From Vicinamibacteria bacterium (GTDB taxonomy: Bacteria > Acidobacteriota > Vicinamibacteria > Marinacidobacterales > Marinacidobacteraceae), in the NCBI GenBank assembly GCA_965199715.1, contig OZ241322.1:2080001-2144000 (forward strand): 64,000 nt of DNA, read 5' to 3'. Within the stretch, counting starts at the first letter, position 1, and every line of letters begins with the position of its first letter. Made by a program: the position numbers and the translations under genes. Shown here piece after piece: positions 13,927 through 23,163 of this stretch. The notes beneath the pieces are model-generated. The model had not been told where the DNA came from, did not search any database, and saw only the letters and a list, made by a program, of their open reading frames with translations.

Positions 13927-15168
13927 GTGACTTCCGATCTGGACGGGCTCGGCCTCGCCGACCGGGACCCGCCGCCCGAGCCGGCGCCGCGCCGCCGCTC
14001 CGCTCCGCCCTTCCGCCGCCGGAGCGGAACCCCCCGGCCGCTCGCGCCCCGGGGGCTCGACGGCCTCAGCGTCGGCGGGACCACCGCCGATCTCGCCGGA
14101 GTGGATCGGGGCCGCCGGATCCGGGGCGCCCTCGTCTCGTCCGGGCTCCACGTGCTCCTGCTGCTCTTGACGATCGGCGGCGCGATCCCGCTGCCCGGGA
14201 CCGACGCGGTCCCGGTCGAGCCGGAGTCCGAGCGTCCGCTCCTCACCTTCGAGGCCCCTGCGGTCGAGGAGGAGGCGCTCGCGCCGCCGCTCATTGCCGA
14301 GGCGGTCCCCGTCGAACCGGTCCCCGAGGCCGAGCCGGTTCCCGAACCTCCGGCGCCGCCGCAGACCGCGCAGCTCCAGATCCCCGAAGCGATGATCGCG
14401 CGGCCCTCCACCGGCTTCCAGAACGACCTTCCCTTCGCCGACGGCCCGGACGAGCAGTTCTATTTCGACCAGCCGATGGGCGACGAGGACGCCCTCGCCG
14501 AGGCTCCGGTCCCCACTCCGCCGGCTCCCGATCCCGATCCGGAGCCGGCGTTCGAGCCCGTTCCCGACGCGCCTCCGGAGATGCTGGCCGACGCTGGCTC
14601 CGCGGATCCGGGCGACCCCTCCCGGCTCGACTTCGACGCCGACGCCTTCCGCCGGCTCCTCGCCGATCCGGCCGGCGACGCCCGCCGCCGCGCCGACGAG
14701 ATCGCCACCCGCGCCGCCCGCGCCCGCGCGGAGGAGGCCGACCGCCGCCGGGGGATCCCCACCGACATCTGGCGGTTCCTCGAGGGCAAGCGCTTCCGCA
14801 ACCCCGAGGGCGGCCTCGTCTCGAACCGCAACAACACGCTCTACTACGACGACCGGGGCGCCAACATGGTCCCCTGGATCGGTCGGCTCATCGCCGAGGT
14901 CCGCCGCAACTGGTACGTCCCCTACGCGGCCGCGTTCCAGGCCGGGCACGTGGCGATCGCCATCAGCGTGCTCCGCGACGGAACCCTCGAGTGGATGCAG
15001 GTCGTGATCCCGTCCGGCACTCGCGGATTCGACAACGCCGCCGTCGGCGCGCTGCGCGGCGCCGAGCTGCTCCCGCTGCCGGACGACTACCCGGGCCGCA
15101 ACTTCGAGATCATGCTGGTGTTCTGGTACAACGAGCAGCCGTACGACATCTTCGGATCGGCTCCTTGA
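13927..15168 (+). CDS. TonB/TolA-like energy transducer with TonB C-terminal domain
   Basis: TM with SxxxH (VSSGLHVLL), long Pro/Glu-rich linker, C-terminal VRRNWYVP...SGTRGFDNAAVGAL...PLP. Confidence 0.75.
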   Translation: MTSDLDGLGLADRDPPPEPAPRRRSAPPFRRRSGTPRPLAPRGLDGLSVGGTTADLAGVDRGRRIRGALVSSGLHVLLLLLTIGGAIPLPGTDAVPVEPESERPLLTFEAPAVEEEALAPPLIAEAVPVEPVPEAEPVPEPPAPPQTAQLQIPEAMIARPSTGFQNDLPFADGPDEQFYFDQPMGDEDALAEAPVPTPPAPDPDPEPAFEPVPDAPPEMLADAGSADPGDPSRLDFDADAFRRLLADPAGDARRRADEIATRAARARAEEADRRRGIPTDIWRFLEGKRFRNPEGGLVSNRNNTLYYDDRGANMVPWIGRLIAEVRRNWYVPYAAAFQAGHVAIAISVLRDGTLEWMQVVIPSGTRGFDNAAVGALRGAELLPLPDDYPGRNFEIMLVFWYNEQPYDIFGSAP

Positions 15169-17258
15169 TCGGGTTCGTCGCCCCGCTGGCGCTGGCGCTC
15201 GCCGGCCAGCCGCAGCCCGTGGATCCGGCCCGGATCCGCATCGCGCTCGCCGACGCCGAGCCGGCCGCGCGGATCTCCGCCGCGACCCCGTTCACCGTCC
15301 TCGCCGGCGAGCTCCGGATCGAGGCTTCGGACCTGCTCGTCGGGCCGGAGACCCGGCCGGGCGAGCCGGCGCTCGCGCTGGGGTCGTTTTCGACCCGGGA
15401 GGACGCCCGCGACGCCGAGCGCCGCTTCCGCGGGGACGCGCCGCGCCCCTCGCCGACGCGCCCGGAACCTCCGCTCGCGGACGAGGCCCAGCGCCGGGCG
15501 CGCACCGCCATCCGCCGCGACCCGGCCACCGGGCGCTTCCTCGTCACGCTCGGGCCCCCGGCCGACGAGGCGACGCTGCGGGCGAGCGGGTTCCCGCGCA
15601 CCGGCCGGTTCCCGCTCGCGGTCCCCGACGGCGACGCGCTCGTCCTCCGGCCCGCGGGCGGTCTGCCGATCCGCATTCCGGCCGGCGTGCCCCTCCGCAT
15701 CCTCCCCGGCGGCAGCTTCCTCGAGTGGGAGGGCCAGCCGTACCGGGGTTCGTTCGAGGCGCGCCGCGCCGGCGCCGGAGTCATCGTGGTGAACCTCGTG
15801 CCGGTGGAGGAATACCTGCTCGGCGTCGTCCCGCGGGAGCTTCCGCCCGACCGGTTCCCCGAGCCCGAGGCGCTGAAGGCGCAGGCGCTCGTCGCCCGGA
15901 CGTACGCGCTGCGTCCCCGGCCCGGCTGGCGGGAGCGCGGCTACGACCTGTGCAGCGGCCCCGCCTGCCAGGTGTACGGCGGCGTCGCCGCCGAGCACCC
16001 GGTCTCGACCGCCGCGGTCCGGGCGACCGCGGGAGAGGTGCTCACCCACCAAGGCCGGCTCGCGGACGCGCTCTACACGGCGGCGTGCGGAGGCGGCACC
16101 GAAAACGCCGAGAACGTCTTCACCAACCCCACCCCGTACCTCGTCGCCCGCGCCGGCTTCCGCGAGGCGGACGGCGCGGAGCTGGCCACGACCGCCGCGC
16201 CGGTCCCGTTCGACGCGGCGCTCGCGGATCTCGCCGGCGCGCTGCCGCCGGGCTGGCCCGGCGACCTCGGAACCCCGGCGGCGCCGGGGGAAATTTCCTT
16301 CGCGCTCTCCGGCGCGTTCGACTCGCTCGGGCTGCGCGCCTGCGAGGCCGCGCCCCGGGGCCCACGGCTCGACCAGTACGCTGAATTCGTGGACGCGCTG
16401 CGCTGCAGTCCGGGAGAACGGGTGCGCCTGCGGTCCTCGCCGCTCGAACGCCTCGTCGCCGAGGGACTCCTCGACCCCTCCGAGCTCGGACTCGACCCGG
16501 TCCGCCCGGTCACCCGCCGCGAGACGCTCTCGACCGTCGCCGCGCTGTTCCGCCGCAACGGCCTCCGGCTCGCCCGCGGCCAGGTCCTGCAAGCCGGGCC
16601 GGACGGCCTCGTGGTCGCCCCCGACCGGAACCCCGACGAGCCGATCCAACTGCGCGGCGCCCCCGATGCGCGCCTGTATCGCGAGATCCGCACGCTGCGG
16701 GTTCCCGGCCGGCCCGACGCGACTCCGCCGCCCATTCCCGAGACGGGCGTCCGCGCGCGTCCCGGGGACTTCGTGCGCTACCGCGCCGCAGCGGACGGGA
16801 CGTTCGAACTGCTCGTCCTCGAGGACGCCGGGGAGACGTGGGACCGCTTCTCGGCCCAGACCGCCTGGCTGGTCCCGAAGGACAACGCCGCGCTCTCGCA
16901 GTCGCTCCGGAATCGCTATCCCGAGCGCGACATCGGCCGGATCGTCGCGCTCGAGCCGCTGGAGTTCGGGGCCTCGGGCCGGATCAGCCGCCTGCGCATC
17001 CGCGGCTCGCGCGGCTCGCTCGACGTGCGCGGGCTCGCCGTGCGCCGCGCGCTCGGCCTCGCCGACACGCTGTTCTTCGCCGAGCCGCTCCACGGGGACG
17101 ACGGGCAGGTGGACTCGTGGTGGTTCACCGGGCGCGGCTGGGGCCACGGCCTCGGGCTCTGCCAGGCCGGCGCCTACGGCATGGCCGCCCACGGCTTCGA
17201 CTACCGGGACATCCTCGCGCGCTACTACCCACAGACCCGCGTCGAGACCCGGCGGTGA
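15165..17258 (+). CDS. SpoIID/LytB-domain peptidoglycan lytic transglycosylase-like protein
   Basis: VNLVPVEEYLLGVVPRE, EALKAQALVARTYA, CQVYGG, GRGWGHGLGLCQAGA, ILARYYP. TTG start overlaps the upstream stop. Confidence 0.9.
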   Translation: MIGFVAPLALALAGQPQPVDPARIRIALADAEPAARISAATPFTVLAGELRIEASDLLVGPETRPGEPALALGSFSTREDARDAERRFRGDAPRPSPTRPEPPLADEAQRRARTAIRRDPATGRFLVTLGPPADEATLRASGFPRTGRFPLAVPDGDALVLRPAGGLPIRIPAGVPLRILPGGSFLEWEGQPYRGSFEARRAGAGVIVVNLVPVEEYLLGVVPRELPPDRFPEPEALKAQALVARTYALRPRPGWRERGYDLCSGPACQVYGGVAAEHPVSTAAVRATAGEVLTHQGRLADALYTAACGGGTENAENVFTNPTPYLVARAGFREADGAELATTAAPVPFDAALADLAGALPPGWPGDLGTPAAPGEISFALSGAFDSLGLRACEAAPRGPRLDQYAEFVDALRCSPGERVRLRSSPLERLVAEGLLDPSELGLDPVRPVTRRETLSTVAALFRRNGLRLARGQVLQAGPDGLVVAPDRNPDEPIQLRGAPDARLYREIRTLRVPGRPDATPPPIPETGVRARPGDFVRYRAAADGTFELLVLEDAGETWDRFSAQTAWLVPKDNAALSQSLRNRYPERDIGRIVALEPLEFGASGRISRLRIRGSRGSLDVRGLAVRRALGLADTLFFAEPLHGDDGQVDSWWFTGRGWGHGLGLCQAGAYGMAAHGFDYRDILARYYPQTRVETRR

Positions 17259-17356
17259 CGGACCCCGAGCGCTTCGCCTTCACGCCGGGCCAGCTTCTCG
17301 CCGGCTCGGTCGTCGTCGCCGCGCTCGCGCTGCTCGCGCTGTGCCGCAGCGTCTGA
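17255..17356 (+). CDS. Putative 33-aa single-TM small protein
   Basis: MTDPERFAFTPGQLLAGSVVVAALALLALCRSV. GTGA overlap with the SpoIID stop, and it fills the gap to miaA. Confidence 0.45.
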   Translation: MTDPERFAFTPGQLLAGSVVVAALALLALCRSV

Positions 17357-18282
17357 ACGCGCCGTCCTCCCGGACGGTCCTCGCGCTGGTCGGGCCGAAC
17401 GCCTCGGGGAAGTCCGCGCTCGCGGTCCGGCTCGCCGCCCGCCTCCCACCGCCGGTCGAGATCGTTTCCTGCGACGCGATCCAGGTCTATCGGGGGCTCG
17501 ACGTCGGCTCCGGCAAGCTGCCGCCGGCGGAACGCGGCGGAGTCCCCCACCACCTGCTGGACACGCTGGACCCGGACGACGCCTGCACCGCCGGACGCTA
17601 CGCCGAGATGGCCGCCGCCGCGATCCGGGACGTCCGCCGGCGGGGCGCGCTTCCGCTCGTCGTGGGCGGCAGCGGGCTGTACTTCCGCGCGCTGCGCGAC
17701 GGCGTCTTCGAGGAGCCGGCGCCGCGCTCCCCCGAGCTGCGCCGCCGCCTGCAGCGCCTCTACCGGAGTCCCGCGGGCGCGCGCCGGCTCGACGCGATGC
17801 TCGCCCGGCGCGATCCCGGCGCGGCGGCGCGGATCCACGCCCGCGACCTCGTCCGCCGGGTGCGGGCGCTGGAGGTCGTCCTGCTCGCGGGGGTTCCGAT
17901 CACCAAGCTCCAGGGCGAGAACCGCCCCCCGCTGCCAGACGCGGAATGGAGGGCGGCGTGGCTGGATCCGCCGCGCGAGACCGACCGCGCCCGCATCGCC
18001 GCCCGGGTCCGGAGCATGTTCGGGGCCGGCCTCCTCGAGGAGGCCGCGGCGCTCGAGCGCCGGCATGGGGACCGCTGGCGCGCCCGCAACGCCATCGGCT
18101 ACCGGGAGGCGATCGCCGGACTCCCGGACGCCGAGGCCGCGATCGTCGCCGCCTCGCGCCGCTACGCCCGCCGCCAGCGCGCGTGGTTCCGCGCCGAGCG
18201 GAACGTCCAGCGCCACGCCGGGGACGCCCGGGACGTCGAGGACGCCGTCCTCGCGCAGTTCCTCACAGCTCCTCCACGGTGA
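17341..18282 (+). CDS. miaA: tRNA dimethylallyltransferase (start approximate)
   Basis: GPNASGKS, EIVSCDAIQVYRGLDVGSGK, VPHHLLD, VVGGSGLY, YARRQRAWFR. Confidence 0.93.
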   Translation: MPQRLNAPSSRTVLALVGPNASGKSALAVRLAARLPPPVEIVSCDAIQVYRGLDVGSGKLPPAERGGVPHHLLDTLDPDDACTAGRYAEMAAAAIRDVRRRGALPLVVGGSGLYFRALRDGVFEEPAPRSPELRRRLQRLYRSPAGARRLDAMLARRDPGAAARIHARDLVRRVRALEVVLLAGVPITKLQGENRPPLPDAEWRAAWLDPPRETDRARIAARVRSMFGAGLLEEAAALERRHGDRWRARNAIGYREAIAGLPDAEAAIVAASRRYARRQRAWFRAERNVQRHAGDARDVEDAVLAQFLTAPPR

Positions 18283-20455
18283 GCCGCCCGGCGAGTTCGG
18301 GAAGTTCGAGGAACCCGCGGATCCGCCGGCGCAGCGCCGCGACCTCGCGGGGCTCGGACTTCGCGAGCAGCCGGAACCGGGCCAGTCCTCCGACGCGGTC
18401 GTCGGGCGCCGGGGCCGGGCCGACGATCTCCGGACCCACCTCCTTCAGCACGTCCGCGACCGAGCCGAGCAGCGCCGCCGCCCGCTCCCGTTTCCGGTCG
18501 GCGATCGTGAGCGTTAGCACCCGGACGAACGGCGGGTAGCGGAACCGCCGCCGCATCGGCTCCTCCTCCTCCCGGAAGCGGGCGAAGTCCTGCGCCGCGG
18601 CGGCCTCCACCGCGTAGTGATCGGGATTCGCCGCCTGCACCAGCACCCGCCCCGGACGCTCGCCGCGTCCGGCTCGCCCCGCGACCTGCGTCAGCAACTG
18701 GAAGGTCCGCTCCGCCGCCCGGAAGTCGGGAACGCCGAGTCCGGCGTCCGCCGCGACCACGCCGACGACGGTCACCGCCGGGAAGTCGTGGCCCTTCGCG
18801 AGCATCTGGGTTCCCGCGACCACCCGGATCCGCCCTTCCCGGAACCCGTCGAGGATGTCCTCGTGGCTCCCCCGGGTGCGGGTCGCGTCGCGGTCGAACC
18901 GCCCGACCGGAACGCCCGGCAACAGGCGGCGGAGCTCCTCCTCGACCCGCTCGGTCCCGAACCCCTCCGAGCGCAGGACCTCGCCGCCGCAGGGCGGACA
19001 CTCGGCCGGCGTGGGCTCGCCGAAGCCGCACCCGTGGCACAGCGCGAGATGGCCGCGCCGGTGGAGCGTCAGGGCCATCCCGCAGCGCTTGCACTCGAGA
19101 ACCCTCCCGCAGCGTAGGCAGACGAGGCGCCCCCCGTACCCGCGCCGGTTCAACAGCACCATCGCCTGCTCGCCGGCGGCGGTCGCCCGCGCGAGCGCCT
19201 CCGCCAGCCTCGGCGCGAGCACCAGCGGACCCTGCTGCTTCCGCCGGACGTGCTCCCGGTACGCCGGGCGCATATCCACGACCTCGACCTCGGGCATCGG
19301 CCGGCCGGCGACCCGCTCGGGCAGCCGCAACCGCTCGAGCGCCCCGTCGTCCGCCGCGCGCGCCGCCTCGAGCGACGGCGTGGCCGATCCGAGCACGAGC
19401 GCGCCCCCCGCCGCCTGCGCCCGCATCCACGCGACCTGCCGGGCGTGGTAGCGGGGGGCCTCCTCCTGCCGGAACGCTGCGTCGTGCTCCTCGTCGAGGA
19501 TCACGAGGCCGAGGTCGGGAACCGGCGCGAGCGCCGCCGACCGCGCTCCGAGCACCACCGGCGCCCGGCCCAGCCGAACCCGCCAGAAGGCGTCGCGGCG
19601 TTCGGCGGGGGTCAGCCCGCTGTGGAGCACCGCGACCTCGCCGCCGAACCGGTTCCGCACCAGCGGCGCCATCCGCGTCGCCAGCGCGATCTCCGGAGCG
19701 AGCAGCACCGCGCTCCGGCCCTGCCGCCGGGCGGCGGCGATCGCCGCCAGATAGACCTCGGTCTTCCCGCTCCCGGTCACCCCCTCGAGCAGGAACGCCC
19801 CGAAGCGTCGGGCCTCGAGCGCGTCCCCGATGCGGTCGGCGGCGTCCCGCTGGCGGCGGTTCAGGACCGCCGGAACGCCCGGCGTGGGCGCCGGCGGGGC
19901 CGGCTCGGGCGCCGCCTCGAGGATGCGCAGGAGCCCTTCCCGCTCAAGCCGCCGAAAGCTCCGCCCGGGGGACAGGTCCAGCTCGCGGCGGATGCGGGTC
20001 AGGGGCACGCCGGTCGGCCCCGGCGACACGGCGAGCAGGCTCAGGATCCGCCGGTCGTCCTCGCTGATCCGGGGCGGGGCGCCCCCGTCGGGCTCGCCCA
20101 GCCGGTGGTTCCCCTCGGGTGTGATTCGGGCGCACTGGGCCGTCCGCGCCGGGGGAACCCGGCCCGGAGTCATCGCCCGCAGCACGAGGCCGAGCGGACA
20201 CACCGTGGTCTCCGCGACGCGTCGGGCGAGGCGGAGCAGGTCGGCGGGGACCGCGGGCGCGGGGTCGGGAAGCGTCCGCCGGATCTCCTTGTCACGGGGT
20301 CCCGGCGCGCCGGAGTCCGGGCCCAGCGCGACCCCCACCAGATCCTGTCCGGCGAAGGGAACCACGACCCGGCTCCCCGCCGGAATTTTTTCCGCGGCGC
20401 GGTATCGAAACGCGCGGAACAGCGGCCTCGGCACCGCCACCGAGACCAGATGCAC
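18263..20455 (-). CDS. priA: Primosomal protein N' (replication restart helicase)
   Basis: LEGVTGSGKTEVY, DEEHD, LGSATPS, four CxxC Zn motifs, GTQMLAKGHDFP, QVAGRAGR. GTG start at 20455. Confidence 0.95.
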   Translation of the reverse strand: MHLVSVAVPRPLFRAFRYRAAEKIPAGSRVVVPFAGQDLVGVALGPDSGAPGPRDKEIRRTLPDPAPAVPADLLRLARRVAETTVCPLGLVLRAMTPGRVPPARTAQCARITPEGNHRLGEPDGGAPPRISEDDRRILSLLAVSPGPTGVPLTRIRRELDLSPGRSFRRLEREGLLRILEAAPEPAPPAPTPGVPAVLNRRQRDAADRIGDALEARRFGAFLLEGVTGSGKTEVYLAAIAAARRQGRSAVLLAPEIALATRMAPLVRNRFGGEVAVLHSGLTPAERRDAFWRVRLGRAPVVLGARSAALAPVPDLGLVILDEEHDAAFRQEEAPRYHARQVAWMRAQAAGGALVLGSATPSLEAARAADDGALERLRLPERVAGRPMPEVEVVDMRPAYREHVRRKQQGPLVLAPRLAEALARATAAGEQAMVLLNRRGYGGRLVCLRCGRVLECKRCGMALTLHRRGHLALCHGCGFGEPTPAECPPCGGEVLRSEGFGTERVEEELRRLLPGVPVGRFDRDATRTRGSHEDILDGFREGRIRVVAGTQMLAKGHDFPAVTVVGVVAADAGLGVPDFRAAERTFQLLTQVAGRAGRGERPGRVLVQAANPDHYAVEAAAAQDFARFREEEEPMRRRFRYPPFVRVLTLTIADRKRERAAALLGSVADVLKEVGPEIVGPAPAPDDRVGGLARFRLLAKSEPREVAALRRRIRGFLELPELAGRLTVEEL

Positions 20456-20473
20456 CCCCCTATACTCGCGCAG
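20456..20473. promoter_or_regulatory. Putative bidirectional leaderless promoter for priA and pepA
   Basis: 18-bp gap between divergent starts. TATACT on + (20461-20466) overlaps GAGTAT on - (20467-20462). Confidence 0.55.
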
Positions 20474-21973
20474 ATGAGCACTGTCGGCCCCCCGCCGGTT
20501 TCGCCGGCGCCGCGCGCGCCGGCCGTCGCTTCGGCGTGGCCCGCCCTCGACCCCGCCATCCACGTCTTCCTGTTCGACGACCGGATCCGGTGCGTCGGCG
20601 GCGGCGAAGGCTGGCGGGGAGCCTTCGTGCGCGAGGCGAACGCCGTGTTCGAGGGAACGAAGGCCAAGCGGCCCTTCGCCCGCCCCGGCCAGGACGGCGA
20701 GCCGATGGCGGTGGCGTTCCACGGCCGCGGCGTCCCCGGCAGGCCGCCGGCGGAACGCGCCCGGATCCTCGCGGCGCGGGCGGTCGCCTGGGCCCGCGAC
20801 TTCGGCTTCTCCGAGCTCGCGTTCGTCCTCGACGGGCCGGACGGGCCCGGATTCGCTCCGGCCGTGGCCGAGGGCGCGACGCTCGCGTCGTACGAGTTCA
20901 GCCGCTATCTCTCGAACCCCGCAGAGCAGCCGGCGACGACACTTCTCGTTAGCGCCGCCGACGAGGCGGAGACCTCGGCCCGCGTCGCCGCCGCGGCCGC
21001 GCTCGCCGCCGACGTGAACCGGGCGCGGGACCTCATCAACGAACCCGCCGAGGCGCTGCCGCCGGAGGGACTCGCCGCCGAGGCCTGCGCCATCGCCGCC
21101 GAGGGGGACCTTGAGGTCGAGATCCTCGACGAGGCCGCGCTGCGCCGCGACGGCTACCCGGGGCTGATCTCGGTCGGGCAGGGAAGCCCCCGCCCGCCGC
21201 GCCTGATCGTCCTCCGCCATCGTCCCGAAGGCGCGGACCCCGAGCGCCACCTGGCGCTCGTCGGCAAGGGCATCACCTTCGACACCGGCGGCATCTCGCT
21301 GAAGCCGCCGAGCGGCATGTGGACCATGAAGGGGGACATGTCGGGCGCGGCGGCGGTGCTGCGGGCGATGGCCTCGGTCGCCCGAAGGAAGGTTCCGGCG
21401 CGGGTCACCGGAATCGTCGCGACCGCCGAGAACTTCGTCGGCCCGATGGCGACGCGCCCGGGCGACGTCTTCGTCGCCCGCAACGGCAAGTCGGTGATGG
21501 TGGATAACACCGACGCCGAGGGAAGGCTCGTCCTGAGCGACGCCCTCGCCCGCGCCGGCGAGGAGGGCGCCACCCACATCGTGGACGTGGCGACGCTCAC
21601 CGGAGCGGCGGTGCGGGCGCTCGGCACGGCGGTCGCGGCGGTCATGGGCAACGACCGCGACTGGGTCGGGCAGGTCATCGAGGCCGGCGAGCCGCACGGC
21701 GAGGCGTTCTGGGAGCTGCCGCTGGTCGAGGAGTACGTCGAGCAGCTCCGCACCGACTCGGCGGACCTCAAGAACATCGGCGGGATCAACGCCGGGGCGA
21801 TCACCGCGGGGCTGTTCCTGAAGGAGTTCGTGCCCGACAGGACGACGTGGGCCCACCTCGACATCGCCGGGCCGTTCCTCGTGGAGAAGCCGTGGAAGTA
21901 CTTCCCGAAGGGCGCCACCGGGTTCGGCGTGCGGACCCTCTACGAGCTCGCGAGCCGCTTCGCGGGCGGCTGA
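20474..21973 (+). CDS. pepA: Leucyl aminopeptidase (M17)
   Basis: VGKGITFDTGGISLK, MKGDMSGAA, NTDAEGRL, DVATLTGA, WAHLDIAG. Confidence 0.95.
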   Translation: MSTVGPPPVSPAPRAPAVASAWPALDPAIHVFLFDDRIRCVGGGEGWRGAFVREANAVFEGTKAKRPFARPGQDGEPMAVAFHGRGVPGRPPAERARILAARAVAWARDFGFSELAFVLDGPDGPGFAPAVAEGATLASYEFSRYLSNPAEQPATTLLVSAADEAETSARVAAAAALAADVNRARDLINEPAEALPPEGLAAEACAIAAEGDLEVEILDEAALRRDGYPGLISVGQGSPRPPRLIVLRHRPEGADPERHLALVGKGITFDTGGISLKPPSGMWTMKGDMSGAAAVLRAMASVARRKVPARVTGIVATAENFVGPMATRPGDVFVARNGKSVMVDNTDAEGRLVLSDALARAGEEGATHIVDVATLTGAAVRALGTAVAAVMGNDRDWVGQVIEAGEPHGEAFWELPLVEEYVEQLRTDSADLKNIGGINAGAITAGLFLKEFVPDRTTWAHLDIAGPFLVEKPWKYFPKGATGFGVRTLYELASRFAGG

Positions 21974-21979
21974 CCGCGC

Positions 21980-23125
21980 TCAGTCGCGGTCGTCGGTGAC
22001 TTCGAAGAAGGGCCGTTCCCGCTCGCGGAACTGCCCGACCAGCATGCGCACCACGCTTCCGTAGCTGCGGGCGCCGCCCGCGACCCGCATCGTTCTCAGG
22101 TAGGAGTCGTTCACGCGCCGGGCGGCGCCGCGGACGAGGCCCCGGTGCCGCGCCCAGAAGGCGTTGAGCGCCTCCAGATCGCGCCGCGGCCCGGAGCCGA
22201 GCCGGGCGAGGGCCCGCTCCCGGTCCGCGGGAGGCGCCGCGGCGACCAGGTGCCGGGTCGCGTAGAAGGAGGCGGCGTACTGGAGATAGGGGTGGGAGCC
22301 GGGCCGGGACAGCGCGAGGAACGCGGCGAAGCTGGCTTCGCCCTCGTGGGTGACCGCCCGCTGGTGCGCCTTCTCGTGGGCGGCGGTGAAGGCGATCGCC
22401 ACGTCGGGCGGCCCGGTGTTCAGGGTCGGCTCGCCGGTGAACGGCACGAAGATGCCGCTGATCCCGAGCCGCGACATGACTCCGGAGAGGATCGCGGGCT
22501 TCACCGGAACCGTCCGTCCGCCCCTGGGATCGCCCGGCAGGTCGATCCCCCGATACGCGGCGTCGATTCGCTGGCTGAGGTCGCGGTATCCGAGCGGATT
22601 CGTCGAGACCGCGTCGGTCGGAAGCCCGGCCAGCGCATGCAGGCGGGTGGTCTCGGCGGCCGACTCCTCGGCGAACCGGCCCAGTTCCGCCCCGGTGATG
22701 TCCCGGGTCAGGAGCCCCAGCCGGGGTTCGAGGAGCGGCCGCGCGTAGTTGAGGCCCCAGACCACGAGGAACAGCGCGTACAGCGCCCCGGCGACCGAGA
22801 GCACGAGAAGCGCCAGCGTCCCGAGCTGCCGGGGGAGGCTCGCCGCCGGCCCCGCCGGGGTTCGCCGGCGCGCGATGCGCCAGGCGAGGCGGACGACGAT
22901 CAGCGCCGACGCGCCGAGCACCAGCACCTCGGCGACGGAGAAGGGGACGAGGCCCGTGCCCCACGCGAAGACCGCGAGCACCCACGAGTAGAGGCCCTCG
23001 GTGTAGGAGGCCTCGACCGCCAGCGGCCGGGTGAGCCCGAGCCGGAACAGGAGCGCCGCCAGCAGGCCGGCGGCGACCCCGGCGAGCGCGATCCAGGGAC
23101 GCACGCGGCGGAGCCGGGAAGCCAT
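21980..23125 (-). CDS. DUF3810-family membrane-anchored zincin-like protein
   Basis: N-terminal TMs, WGLNYAR, GIFVPFTGE, AHEKAHQ (HExxH) followed by EGEASF. Confidence 0.8.
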   Translation of the reverse strand: MASRLRRVRPWIALAGVAAGLLAALLFRLGLTRPLAVEASYTEGLYSWVLAVFAWGTGLVPFSVAEVLVLGASALIVVRLAWRIARRRTPAGPAASLPRQLGTLALLVLSVAGALYALFLVVWGLNYARPLLEPRLGLLTRDITGAELGRFAEESAAETTRLHALAGLPTDAVSTNPLGYRDLSQRIDAAYRGIDLPGDPRGGRTVPVKPAILSGVMSRLGISGIFVPFTGEPTLNTGPPDVAIAFTAAHEKAHQRAVTHEGEASFAAFLALSRPGSHPYLQYAASFYATRHLVAAAPPADRERALARLGSGPRRDLEALNAFWARHRGLVRGAARRVNDSYLRTMRVAGGARSYGSVVRMLVGQFRERERPFFEVTDDRD

Positions 23126-23163
23126 CGGACTTCATGCTAGCAGCCGTAGGGGACAATGCCGGC

